Of a stretch of DNA of 64,000 nt, positions 1-12,249 are shown one piece after another. The DNA lies in the NCBI RefSeq assembly GCF_032444005.1, contig NC_091283.1, positions 765,266,001-765,330,000 on the forward strand, given 5' to 3'. Source of the stretch: Ranitomeya imitator. Taxonomy: Eukaryota. Every line of letters begins with the position of its first letter. The stretch's first letter is position 1. Made by a program: the position numbers and the translations under genes. The notes under the pieces were generated by a model that saw nothing but the letters and a program-made list of their open reading frames with translations, was not told the DNA's origin and searched no databases.

Positions 1-781
1 TGTGGTCCCGAGTGCCGGCGGCAGTGTCGGGTATTGGTGAGAGAGACTCGTGCGAGTTTCTCGCATTGCACGCACAAGTGTGACATCGACCTAAAGGGAG
101 AAATCATGGGAGATACCTGCTGGCCAAATGAGTGACTGAAACATCTACCAGCTATCTAAAGTGTATGGGGGCTTTAGTAACTACAATCATATAATTGATT
201 CTTAATTGGCTTATAATACTCTTTTTAGGGCAATGTAAATGGAAGAAAAGATTTATGATAGTGTTTCCAGATTCGTAAGCTAATGAAGTTCGTTTTATCA
301 TTTCTTGCTTTGCAGATAATCCTGTGTAATGCTGAATATTCTGTTTTCTATTGGATAATCAGTTTACGCATACTGCTATTCACCCAACAGGATGATAAGC
401 GGACCATACATCATTTTTAATGCTTATAGTTTAACATGAATGCTCTGATTTTGTCTGAGTCCAAATCTTAGTAACTTTGGCCTGCAATATTTTCTTCATG
501 TAACATTCCTGGAAAGATTTACTAAGATACAGTGAAAAATCCTTTGAACTTGAGACTGACATAATTTTATAGACAATCATCTTGGCTATCTCATACATAA
601 ATTTGACTTGCAACTATTTAGCATATGATTAGTTATGCAGATTCTTGTCATGTCACTGCATTGTTATTGTTTTGCTCTTAAAGCTCTAAATTTAAATTTT
701 TATTTTATCAGTATTTTGTAAATCCACCTTTGGCTTTCAACACTGCCTGAATCCTTCTGGGCATGCTCTCGATCAAATTCA

Positions 782-1227
782 GAATAAGTTCACACGTGAC
801 GGTTTTTTTTCTGCAGCAAAATTTGATCTCTTAGAAGGAAAAAAGCACGTTTTCCTTGTTTTTTCGTTAATTTTTTGGGGCGGTTTTGGCATGCTAGATT
901 TGTCTCTTGTGCATGCTGATAAAATTTTAGTGTTGAAAAGAAGTCCTATTCCAAAGAATCAGGTTTTGGCACAAGAAATCAGCAAAATATGATACCTGCG
1001 TTTTTGGTGCTTTTTTTCAAACGCTGAAAAACCGCTGAAAATAGTGACAGGCTCTATGTCCAAAAAAAACATGCAAAGTACAAAATACTGATGACAAAAA
1101 ATACTAATGTGTGTATATGTGATTTTTGAAATAGCATAGGCTTTGCTGGTACTGAAAAATACAGCTGAAAATTAGCATTAAAAAAGTATTAAAAAAAGCA
1201 GCAAAAACACCTAGTGTGAACTTAGCC
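782..1227. mobile_element. PIF/Harbinger-type MITE inserted into the Tc1 transposase
   Basis: TIR taagttcacac / gtgtgaactta; 3-bp TSD TCA at 779-781 and 1228-1230; removing it rejoins the transposase C-terminus. Confidence 0.75.
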
Positions 1228-2154
1228 TCAAATATGTGTCAACCGAAATTTGATCTCAGTTTTCTTCTACATGTTTCCAAAGTTGGTGCTTACTGGTCGA
1301 CTCATTTGGGTATGTATCAGTTTTTTCTTCAATTCTACCCACAAGTGTTTGATTGGTTTGAGGACTGTAAGGACCATTCCAGCACCTCTACTTCATTGTC
1401 ATTGAACCATTTCTTCACCAGTCTCGATGTATGCTTAGTGTTGTTGTCCTGTTGGAACAATATGTTTTCCTTTTTATAGCCATAGTACTAGAGAGTACAA
1501 AGTAACTCATGTTGTAGAATACTCACTTATAACTCAGCATTGAGACCACCATTGATCCTGGTGAAGTACCCAATGCCTTTGCCTGTGAAAAAATCCCATG
1601 TTATTAGATTTCCTACACCAAATTTGACATTTCCTTCAATTTCTTAATCAGTTAGCCATTTTTTCTTTTGTTTCTTTCAGACCATTTGCACCCATCATAG
1701 CCTAGTCTATTGAATTTTGTGTAATTGCTCCAAATCACCTGTTTCAAATCTTTACTGTCCAATTTTGTACTTTTTGAACCGACGTGTCTTATGACAATAT
1801 TGAAGTTGAGACTTCTTCACTATTTTCGGGCCACAATTTCAGAATTGTGCAATGTGCATCACACGGTGCTTGGATCGACGTCTGTGATCTCACTATTATG
1901 AAGCATATGAGCCACCTCCACTGCTTGTTGCACCAGAACTAATAAACCTTGGGATGAGCTGACTTGTTGAATCCAATATTTTGCCTGGACGTCCAAGTTT
2001 TGACTTTTGAATGGGTGAATGGACATCAATTCGTATCCTCCTAACTTTCATGGCACTCACATGATGCAGTTTGGCAACTTTCTTGGCCAAGAGACCGCTA
2101 TTGATGAGCTGGATGCGGTTTCTGTTTTCTGTTTTCTTGGGAAATCGTTTTCAT

Positions 2155-2226
2155 TGTTGCTCCTCGATTCGAACCAGTGACCTTTTGCTTGGGAATCAAA
2201 CTAATAACACGCTGAGCTATTAGGGA
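2155..2226 (-). promoter_or_regulatory. tRNA-like segment with Pol III A box and B box directly upstream of the Tc1 ATG
   Basis: Minus strand TCCCTAA-TAGCTCAGCGTG (A box, 2208-2219)...AGGTCACT-GGTTCGAATC (B box, 2166-2175) with tRNA-like spacing; stems degenerate, so not a functional tRNA. Confidence 0.6.
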
Positions 2227-2882
2227 ATGTGAGAACAGGTTGTATTTTGTAGTATTCAGGGAGAAAAAGATTTTTCCACCACCAGGAGCAAAACAGTAAC
2301 AACGCAGTGACAAGAATCTGCATAACTAATCATATGCTAAATAGTTACAAGTCACATTTATGTATGAAATACCCCAGATGATTGTCTATAAAATGATGGT
2401 AGTCTCATGATCAAAGTAGTAGTGGATGGTGAGATATGGAGCCTGAAAGTCAAAAGTTCAAAACATTGTTATCCTTTTGCTCTTCACACTATGTTAAAAT
2501 AAGACAAAATATTTGATAGTATTAAAAGTTGTTGTTCGCTTTAATAAAAGGATCCCTAGATATTAAGCTGATAATAGAATATCCTTTTACAGTGACCTCC
2601 ATTGTTCAGGTGAGAATTATGGAGAAAACTAGCAGCAAGTGTTTGGTTATCTGCAGTATCCAATAAAATCAGGGGGCTGTCGTTTTCCAGTCTGTAAGTG
2701 CATGAGTTGTACTTTCTAGTTGCGCTCTACTCTGGTCAATACATGATAAATTTTATAATAAGGTGTTTACTAAAATAAGACAACTCATGCTATATACAGT
2801 ATATTATCCCAATTTTGCCATCTCTTTACACTAAATGTGGTTCTGACCTTTGAAATCCCCACTGATTATGATAATGAAGTGG

Positions 2883-3467
2883 TGCCTTGCCTCGGGATTC
2901 GATCTGGCTTTTGTCCACTGAGCCACAGGAGATCTTGTCGCTGTCCGGGTTCTGATTACCATTTGCCTTTCGTCCATTCCTTTCTGACAGCAGGTGTTTT
3001 CCATTTGCTATCTAACCTGTCCTATCATACTGCATGTGCTTATATTTAAACCTACCTCCTGATTCTGTTCTCTGCTGGTTATAGAGTCATTTGGATTTTC
3101 TAACATTATTGATTGTTGGAGCCAGTCTGAGAAACTCCATCTATAGGTTTTCGCTTTACTGTTTCTTTGCACTACTTTGCACCTATCTTCAGTTTATCAT
3201 TAGTAAGTAGGCATTATATTTGTTAGCAGTACTTGCTTTATTCTTTGCTTGGTATTTAGTTATTTACTTTACTCACTCTGGGATCTTCCCTTTGTTCAGC
3301 ACACTTCTCCTCTTGTACGGAATTCAAACTCTGCTCTTGCCTTTTTTTAGGAGGAATGTGAAGCAACATGATGGCCATTTAGGCAGGTTAAGTCTGAGTA
3401 GCCATTTGCTAGTCTGCGGTTAGGGCTATCTCTGCACCCGCAGGCACCACTAGGGACTGTGGTGTCA
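2883..3467 (+). mobile_element. Degenerate LTR-like repeat (solo LTR)
   Basis: Starts tgccttgcctcgggattcgatc; 2883-3080 is similar to an inverted second copy at 3560-3789 whose minus strand starts TGTCATG. End approximate. Confidence 0.45.
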
Positions 3468-3559
3468 GGATATCTAGTCTGTACATGAAGCGGCAAGGTC
3501 AGTTTCAGTTTTTTTTAGTGTATAACCTATTATTCCCAAGTGACTTACAACACAGTCAT

Positions 3560-3789
3560 AACATCATCACTAGCAGAGAACAGAATCAGGAGGTAGGTTA
3601 AAATAGAAGCACCTGCAGTGTGATAGGACAGGCTAGATAACAAATGTAAAACACCTGCTGTCAAAAAGGAATGGACGCAAGGCAAAAGATAATCAGCACC
3701 CAGGCAGTGACAGGATCTTCTGTGGTTCACCGGACATAGATGCTAACAGAAAAGCACAGGACTGCTGGATCGAATCCTGAGGCATGACA
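3560..3789 (-). mobile_element. Partial inverted copy of the same LTR-like family
   Basis: Reverse complement aligns with 2883-3080 (roughly 85% by eye). Confidence 0.5.
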
Positions 3790-4299
3790 AATGGCCCCTT
3801 CATTGATTTTCCCTGCATTGAAAAAAAGTCTTAGAATGTGATAAAACACAAATATGTATTCTTAGGATTACAGGAGCCCTAGACTTTGGATATCCTGGTG
3901 ATATACCATAAATTTATGGGATGGGTGGAATTACCTCTTTATGCATGGTGCTGCTAAAGATTTGTACAACATTTTTCTTTAACAGTAATTGCAATTGGGA
4001 ATTGAATGTGAAAAAGAAACATTGTGTTCGTGCCATAAGAATGATGTTCTGCACAGGAGCAAATATCAGTGCAGAGCTACAAGGAGACTTTTGATAATTG
4101 ATTCCTGGTCTGACCCATTGTTTACAAGAGCTCATATATCAATCCAAACACAAAGGGCTATGCCATTTATCTGTCCTAGTGCAAACCATAGATCCTTCCC
4201 TGTGTAAACTCAACCTCAGTGGCAAACAAATCACTTTTGTCGCTGCAGCACTGCTGTACTATATGGGCTAAATGTATTAGAGGAACAAGTTGGCAAACT

Positions 4300-4341
4300 A
4301 TCGCTTCTCAGACTTTTGGCTAAGATCAAATATATCATCTG
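4300..4341 (+). pseudogene. 5' fragment of U2 snRNA
   Basis: ATCGCTTCTCAGACTTTTGGCTAAGATCAA matches U2 nt 1-30 (ATCGCTTCTCGGCCTTTTGGCTAAGATCAA, recalled sequence) at 28/30; weaker similarity to nt 42. Confidence 0.7.
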
Positions 4342-5714
4342 CAGCGCCGGTGTCTCCACTTTCTGCTTCTCTCCCCCGGGAGAGATGCTGACTCAATCAC
4401 CGCCGTGTCCTCGCTCTCGCTCTTCCTGCTCTGGCTGCTGATGCCCGAGGTGCACCCAGGGGAAAGCTTAAAACCCCAGACCGACCTTTGCACTCAGTGT
4501 TAGGGGGCACAGCTATACAAAAGAGACTGCATGCGGGAAGCAGGGCGGACTTGGCGGAAACGTGCAGCACGCAGAAGGACATATCGTAGTAAAGGACAAA
4601 ACGTGCACTCTCGCTAATAGTGGTGCAGACTGAACATGGAGAGATACTCCAGAATATAGTCATGTACAGCAACAGTCGCACTCAAAAAATAAGTTTTCAG
4701 ATTTTTTGTTTCAGCAAAAAACGTGGTTTTCTTTATTATAGTGAACAAACACCAAAGTAAAGGTATCACCGCAGTGTTTCAAGGTAACGTTTCGACCCAC
4801 AGGGTCTTTCTCAAACCTTCTAATAGTAGAAACCGAGCGGAGGGCACAAATCCCTGGAGGGGTGCAGGAGTCCCGTTAGGGGCTATAATTGGAGAGTCAC
4901 AGGTGTCTGCGGTGGTCACACCACCACCGCAGACACCTGTGACTCTCCAATTATAGCCCCTAACGGGACTCCTGCACCCCTCCAGGGATTTGTGCCCTCC
5001 GCTCGGTTTCTACTATTAGAAGGTTTGAGAAAGACCCTGTGGGTCGAAACGTTACCTTGAAACACTGCGGTGATACCTTTACTTCGCAGAAGGACATAGT
5101 CAGGGCTCCGACCAGTGTGCAATGGGATGGACCAGGCCCAAGCCTAAAGGGACTCAGATCCTCAACCAGAGACTGCCAACAAACACCAACTAAGTCTACG
5201 CTGAAACTAGAGACTGTGAGTGACAAATTCCCCTGTCAGGAATGAGAAACGCACGTTCAGAGACAAGCACGTCGGGTGACCTGCTGTGGACTGTATCATG
5301 ATACACCCACTTGCCAATGCCAAGTAACATCCTACTCTGGCAGTGCTAGAGACTGTGACGGTACCTCTACTCTGTTTTCTGGACCCAGGACCCCCGTCAG
5401 GATAACGAGGATCCACCGCCACCGCCAGCAACCGGACCTCCATCTTCCTCATGATGACGCCAGACCCCTTATGCGCCAAAGCCTTGTTGCCACCACTCGA
5501 CTACAGGATTCCAATTTCTGACGTCGTCTGACTGATAAGTGTTACTGAACTTCCCCTTTAAATTGCCCGAACCTGTTTTATTCCAAGTCAACATTTACTG
5601 CTCTATTCAGTTTAACCCCTTTTCTCCCTGGGTGGAGTATCCACTATTAAATAAATTCCACGTTAACCATTGCTCTGTCTCCGGTCTGTTACTGCACCCT
5701 GCAACCTGCCCACA
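4340..5714 (+). mobile_element. Probable solo LTR (~860 bp once the Penelope-like insert is removed)
   Basis: TG...CA ends, near-TSD TCATC/TCATT (4335-4339, 5715-5719), AATAAA near 5650 about 60 nt before the 3' end. Confidence 0.45.
4584..5084 (-). mobile_element. Penelope-like (PLE) pLTR insertion with inverted 5' copy and hammerhead-like motifs
   Basis: 14-bp direct repeat CGCAGAAGGACATA at 4570-4583 and 5085-5098; perfect inverted repeat 4755-4916 / 4923-5084; TTGAGAA-A-GACCC-TGT-GGGTC-GAAACGTT motif; AATAAA and GAGTGC downstream on the minus strand. Confidence 0.65.
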
Positions 5715-5719
5715 TCATT

Positions 5720-6288
5720 GTTGTAAGTTTCTTCCTAAACACTCTTCTTAGTTCTGAGGTCCCAGTGCTTGTATTCCTGTACATCTTCCTGCCCATCAGC
5801 CGTGTCCACCTGCCTATCAACCGTGCCCGGCTGAGTGTCCATCAGCCGTGCCCGCCTGTTGTCTCTCAGCCGGTCCAATTCGCACCTGCCAGTGCTCTTC
5901 TGTACATCAACTGGTCCAGTCTGCACCTGCCAGTTCTCTTCTGTACTTCAGCTGGTCCAGTCCTCACCTGCCAGAGCTCATTTGCACATCACCCCATCCA
6001 GTCACATCTGCCAGTAATCTTCTGTACATCAGCCGGTCCAGTCCGCAACTACTACTGCTCATCTGTACATCAGCAGGTCCAGTCCGTATCCGTGGTTTCC
6101 TTGTTCCTACAGTGCCTGACAGCATCTACTGTTCCCTTCTCCTGGCCATCCCTGCTACCTATCCCTGGGGGTCAGCTTGCAGTATCGTCAGCCGACTTAT
6201 ATCCTAAATCGAATTGGTCAGGCACTTAGTTACGCCCCTCCAGACTTTCCTTAGTCCTCAGCACAGTGGTTCCAGCACCCAACTGTTA
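5720..6288 (+). repeat. LTR-like fragment with degenerate ~30-40 bp tandem repeats (ctgtacatcagc.ggtccagt core)
   Basis: Recurring ctgcacctgccag / ctgtacatcagc motifs at 5770-6085; source of several spurious Ser/Pro-rich ORFs. Confidence 0.4.
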
Positions 6289-8841
6289 AAGCATCTTTCA
6301 AAAAGATGGTTTTGGCCTGGGCTGCCCAAGTAAATTAATACATCATGCATACTGGGTACGGTGAGCGGGGAAAAACCTAGAACTCTGGGATCAAAACCAT
6401 TAGTTCAGGTAAGTTTGAAAGCCCGAGGTGCACAGTGCCCAAGCAGTTGTGACCCTGAGGTGTCTATACTCACTGGGCATGGGAAAGCCACTGAGTTGTA
6501 GGGCACATTTGCATAGCACTTCTCTTTCACACTTACAGTACTTTGAGCACACACTCTCAATCCGGGCCTCCAACCAAGAATGGGGGAATTTTTTTAATTC
6601 CCAGAGGGGGTCTAGTCAGTTTTGCATTGAAAATACCTTCCTCAATTTCTTTTAATTGTTTTCTACTATTTGTCACTTTTTACAAGCTTGTCTTGTTTCA
6701 AGGACTTCTCGGGATGCGGTTCACTTATGGGTTCCCTCCTGAACAGTCTAGAGGGGGAATGTGGCCATCAGGTTCTGCTCCTCCTTGGTTTAACTTGGGT
6801 AGCAGCCCTGTTGGATGCCCGGAGCACAATTTGGGCTTTCACTCGCTGTGGCCTTCTGGTTTGGAGGGATAGAAAATGGTTTGTTGGGGCCCTCCTCCTT
6901 TCGAAGTGGGCTGCTATAGACCGCATCCTTCACTGTTTTTTTTTATGTTGCATCATTTACTTTTTTCAGAGCACCTGGGGGAAAAGAGGATAATTTCGGG
7001 CTTGAAAAAAAATGAATAATAATAAGTTGGCAAAATATCATTCAAATTGCAATGCCCCAAATATTAGAAGGCAAATTCATTAAAAATGAACAATACTGGT
7101 GCATTTTTTTTACATGCCTCCCCTTGTAGTAGATAAGCTTGAATCTCCTTGATTTGGAAGTTGCTGCTCACAATTTTTACAGGCTATATGAAAATGATGG
7201 CATCACTGCAAATCTTTATACTTGATTGAATTAAAAACAGAAAAGTAAAGATGCCCATGCATGGGCCAATGTCATTGGCTTCTATGATATTGAACAGGTA
7301 GAAATATATTGTATAGTGTTGGTTCTAAATAATTGTTGATTGATGTGTTATCTAGCTGATCTCATCAGAATTAGAAAACTCTATTTAGGCATTTTCATGC
7401 CCCCAGAAACTGCTTTTTAAGAAATATTAATTGAGAGACCCTGACATTTGAATACAACCTTATTTACACCTCAGTACATGGACACATTATATTCTATGGA
7501 ATCATTCACATGTCAGATTTTTCTTCGCTGATCGATGATCCTCATTATAAAAACACATTTTTTGCAGACAAAAACACACCCATTTAAGTAAAAGGGTTAC
7601 TGATAAAAATGAATAGCTCAAGGATGACATCTTTGCTTCCTATTTGATAAGAGAAGCTTGGAAATCCTAAATTTGTTTTCTGTATACAAGAAATACGGAT
7701 AATACATGGATGGTTAAATGCATACAGAAAAAAATCACTGTCATGTGACTATAGCCTAATCTATGTATGTTTAAGTGTAAACTAAATCTTAAGTAGGCTT
7801 AAATGTAATATTTATACAGAACTTTGTTAGAATGAGCAATAATTAATGATCTACAAGTCTAAAATGAATATTAGCTTGTACAATGCAGTAATAATAATTA
7901 GTATCAGGTAGTAAAAATTCAGTATAAGTTGAAACATTCAGCTGCAGAAGTAAAAAGACCAATAAATCTGTAATTGTGAGGCAAAGCTATAATAATTATA
8001 GTCAACTCATTTTTTTGCACAAATCTTTACAAATGGATCACCCTTCATTCTAAGCTCTGTATTTATTGGATTTTTCAGAATAAAAAAAACCCAAAGCATC
8101 CAAAAGATACTGCAAAAAATAAATATTAGAGTATAGAGTTCATATGTTTATCCTCAAAATAAAGTTTGTAGAGGATAAAACATACTACTTTTAAATATGT
8201 GTGTTTACAGCAATACAAGTAACGCCTTATTAAAGTGACCGAGCTACCTATACCAAATGCAGGAACCAAATATGGCAAAGAGGGAATGTATCAAAAATGA
8301 AATTTGTGAGTCTCTTTGTAAAAAACAAATAATACAAAAAAAAAAAATCAATGTTATAAGTATTTTAAAATATAGCTTGATCTTTACAATAGCTCTGAAA
8401 TTAGAAAAAAACCCACAATATCCAAAAGAAAACCTTGTACAAGTGTTGATATTTTCCATCAGTTACTTGCAGTAATTCACCAGTAATGCAGAATGAAAAA
8501 ATCAAAATATGTTTTTAAATATTTATAATGTGAGAATATTGAAGATATAAACACAACACATAAATATAGAGGAAGATCAGAAGTGCTGATTCACATACAG
8601 AGCAATTTTCATAACTAATTGTGATGAAAAGTCCATATATATCAGCAAGAATGTGATTACTAAACTAATACACTAGTGACCATAGACCTGAAAAGGTCCA
8701 CTGGGTGAGCAGATGGTAACCTCTAATGGATGAATTTTGTGTAAATCAAAAATTTGCATCTGTTGGGGCACATAAATAATATATAATAATGTAACAAATT
8801 TTTAGGCTAACCCTATGAGTTCACTATTGCTGATAGTATAT

Positions 8842-8881
<40 letters not shown>

Positions 8882-8884
<3 letters not shown>

Positions 8885-10009
8885 TACAGACAAAAAGTTT
8901 GGACATACCTTCTCATTTAAAGATTCTTCTGTGCTTTCATGACTATGAAAATTGTAAGTTCACAATGAAGGCATCAAAACTATGAATTAAAACATGTGGA
9001 ATTATATACTTAACAAAAAAGTGTGAAACAACTGAAATTATGTCTTATATTCTAGGTTCTTCAACATAGCCACCTTTTGCATTGATGACTGCTTTGCACA
9101 CTCTTGGCATTCTCTTGATGAGCTTCAAGAGGTAGTCACCGGAAATGGTTTTCACTTCACAGGTGTGCCATGTCAGGTTTAATAAGGACAGACAACAAGC
9201 AGAAGAGACTTGTTTGGGCTAAAGAACACAAGGAATGGACATTAGACAAGTGGAAATCTGTGCTTTGGTCTGATGAGTCCAAATTTGAGATCTTTTGGTT
9301 CCAACCACCGTGTCTTTGTGCGACGCAGAAAAGGTGAACGAATGGAATCTGCATGCCTGTTTCCCACCATGAAGCATGGAGGAGGAGGTGTGATGGTGTG
9401 GGGGTGCTTTGCTGGTGACACTGTTGGGGATTTACTCAAAATTGAAGGCATACTGAACCAGAATGGCTACCACAGCATCTTGAAGCAGCATGCTATTCCA
9501 TCCGGTTTGCGTTTAGTTGGACCATCATTTATTTTTCAACAGGACAATGACCCCAAACACACCTGCAGGCTGTGTAAGGGCTATTTGACCAAGAAGGAGA
9601 ATGATGGGGTGCTACGCCAGATGACCTGGCCTCCACAGTCACCAGACCTGAACCCAATCGAGATGGTTTGGGGTGAGCTGGACCGCAGAGTGAAGGCAAA
9701 AGGGCCAACAAGTGCTAAGCATCTCTGGGAACACCTTCAAGATTGTTGGAAGAACATTCCCCGTGACTACCTCTTGAACCTCATCAAGAGAATGCCAAGA
9801 GTGTGCAAAGGAGTCATCAACGCAAAAGGTGGCTACTATGAATATAACCTAGAATATAAGACATATTTTCAATTGTTTCACACTTTTTTGTTAAGTATAT
9901 AATTCCACATGTGTTAATTCATAGTTTTGATGCCTTCAGTGTGAATATACAATCTTCACAGTCATGAAAATAGAGAAAAATTAGGTGTGTCAAAACTTTT
10001 GGTCTGTAC

Positions 10010-10011
<2 letters not shown>
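8882..10011 (+). mobile_element. Internally deleted Tc1-like transposon with DD38E catalytic spacing (Intruder-type), between TA-rich microsatellites
   Basis: TIR CAGTACAGAC..AAAGTTTGGACA at both ends (~170-200 bp long); WSDESKFEI (frameshifted), KHGGGGVMVWGCF, FQQDNDPKH..WPPQSPDLNPIE with 38 residues between D and E; N-terminal HTH region deleted. (TA)n at ~8843-8881, (TG)n(TA)n at ~10010-10052. Confidence 0.9.
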
Positions 10012-10053
<42 letters not shown>

Positions 10054-10400
10054 CTTTATATATAATGTGTAAATATTTTTCACTCTCCAGTATGCCCTTC
10101 AAGTTCATAAGGATTAGTAATTGGTTTACAACCCATAATTCTCATCTACTAATTAAATGTCAATGTATATTTTTTAAGCAGAAGCATTTTTGACATTCAC
10201 TAAGCAGTAATGGTTCTTTCTGGAAATTCTCTATATAACTTTTTGCCACACTTACAAATTCATAAATAATTCTAGGTAATCTCAAACTAACTGTCAGCTC
10301 AGTAGCTAAAATATATGTAATAGATATAGAATGATATTACAAAATATTCCATATGAGAAACCTGCGTTCATTTCTCAGAGTTAGTAAGAACCGTACCTAC

Positions 10401-10680
10401 CTCTAATTCCATGGACGATGTGGGCACAGCATTGTGAGCATATGTTACCCCTCATACGCTCCTTTTCTTCCTGATAAGGTGGTGGGTCTCCCAAATTGTC
10501 CATACTGTCATACGGGTTTTCCAAAACAGTTTTGGGGTTGTATATGGCTTTGATTTTTAGAGATGGAGAACCATCATAGGCTGGGTTATCCCAAGCCCTT
10601 TTCCCTAAATTATCCATTTCTTGTTCCTCGTGAGCTTTGAACTGATTTTCTGTGCGGCTTCTAAGCTTGGCAGGGTTCAT
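10401..10680 (-). CDS. pkd2l1: Polycystin-2-like 1 (TRPP channel), coding exon 1
   Basis: MNPAK..EMDNLGKRAWDNPAYDG..CSQCCAHIVHGIRG resembles human PKD2L1 N-terminus (LGSGAWDNPAYSG..SCCLHICQGIRG, recalled). ATG at 10680; phase-1 donor AGAG|GTAGGT at 10400. Exon 2 not found in 1-10400. Confidence 0.85.
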
Positions 10681-10779
10681 GTTTCTTTTAATGTTGCTGG
10701 CTCTTGTACACAGGTCAGCTCTGATATAGATTAGACTCCGCTCCGACACTACACTAACAGATCTGGGAGTGCACGGGTC

Positions 10780-10788
10780 TTTTTATAG
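10780..10788 (-). promoter_or_regulatory. Candidate TATA box of pkd2l1
   Basis: Minus strand CTATAAAAAG about 100 nt upstream of the ATG. Confidence 0.45.
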
Positions 10789-11264
10789 TGTCATTCATAC
10801 TGGCTATTGTCTGTAGGATACAACCAGCAGTTGTATAAAGCAGGTTGTCTCATGATCGTACAGGGGCAACAGTTAGTATTTATACTCTTGATGCAACCAG
10901 TAGTTGGAAGCTTCTAACATATTTTCCAATGACAGGTGTATAATAACATGATTTATTTTAGATATCGTTCATTGTGATGCCATGTGAGTGACATTATAAG
11001 CAAATTATTAGCTGCAATACACTTTGTCTACTACAAAATGCCACTAATTTGTGTTTATATCTTGACTCGTGTATTTTAATATTAGCAGGCACTAAAATAG
11101 CTTCAAAAAATGTCAAACTTTTATTTGTGAAGCACAAGCAGGTGCCATTTTTAAAGACTAAATGATGACATTTGCAAACCCAACAATTGATTCACCTGAG
11201 CCTCATAATTTCTAAAGATGTAAATTTCTACAATCTTTATGACTTACATTTGTCTCACAATTAT

Positions 11265-11678
11265 AGGGAACCTGTCATATGATTCATGTTGCCGAAACGT
11301 GGGTAGCATGAATAAAATCCTAGCTGCATGATTGCAGCCATGTATACTCTTCTCTGACACTTAGATATACTTTAAGGATCTGTCTGGCTCTTCCTAGTGC
11401 TACTCTTCATGATTGACAGGTCTCACCCTAGGCACACAGGGAAGAAACCATTCAATTACCTGCAGCATTGTTGGGGAGGTGCCAGACAAGTCTTGTCTCT
11501 CCCTATAGTCCGCAGTCGGATTTATAGAAAAACATAACATGCCTGGATGTACCGGTCATCGTGCAGCCAGACTCCAATTCATGCTGCCAAACCATGGGCA
11601 GCATGAATCGGAGCCTGACTGCACGATTACATCCAGGCATGTTTTTCTATAAATCCGACTGGTGACTGTAGGTTCCCT
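11265..11678. mobile_element. T2/Kolobok-type MITE
   Basis: Termini AGGGAACCT / AGGTTCCCT with TTA(A)-like flanks and internal inverted repeats. Confidence 0.55.
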
Positions 11679-12249
11679 TTACAACTATATATATAAAAAA
11701 TAAAACAATCAATTCTCTTTCCATATTATAATTATGCATAGAATACATGATAATCACAATGCTCATCAAAAGGGCTCGTGCATAGGACCGATTTTCTCGG
11801 CTGCGTGCTATCTGTGGTTTTTACAGATAACACTCTTCCCTATAATATTTTATGGGTCCGTGCACATGTCCATTGTTTTCCTTGGACTGAGAAGTCCACG
11901 TAAAAAAAAAAAATTGAAGATATGTCCAATTTTGATAAAAGTGTCAGATCAAAATCCGCAATGTAAGATTATGGGTACATGAAAAAAATCGGATCGCACT
12001 GACGTCATGAAGCCACACGCGTCTGTGTCATGGAGAAAGTGCCAGGCAGGAAGCAGAGGACGGATCCCCTTAGTTCTGCTCCGCTGCCACAAAACACTCC
12101 CTGCCTGCCGTGTATGATGAGGGTAATCCGGCCATAGGCCCCCCCGGAGCCCGGATTCTGAGAAACAGGCCAGATTGCCCTCATTATTAGCCGCACTGCA
12201 AGGACCCCACTTCACCTCCAGGCCCCGTTGCAGCTGCACTGGTGGTATG

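Larger units (their letters stand above)
530..2415 (-). mobile_element. Decayed Tc1-family DNA transposon with long (~130 bp aligned) TIRs; transposase pseudogene; interrupted by a MITE
   Basis: Minus-strand fragments read MKTISQE..QLINSGLLAKKVAKLHHVSAM..GRPGKI (ATG at 2154), FQQDNNTKHTSRLVKKWF..LEW (~1370-1470) and NLIESMPRRIQAVLKAKGGFTKY* (~705-780). 543-672 is the reverse complement of ~2290-2415. TA|CAGTG at 528-534. Right boundary approximate. Confidence 0.8.

Noticed and set aside
6300-6990. Possible L1/Tx1 ORF2 remnant on the minus strand
   Set aside because: Only vague similarity; no diagnostic motif could be read.
10681-10749. N-terminal extension of the pkd2l1 ORF in the ORF track
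   Set aside because: It starts at GTG and is probably 5' UTR; the first ATG is at 10680. The track ORF also runs past the splice donor at 10400.
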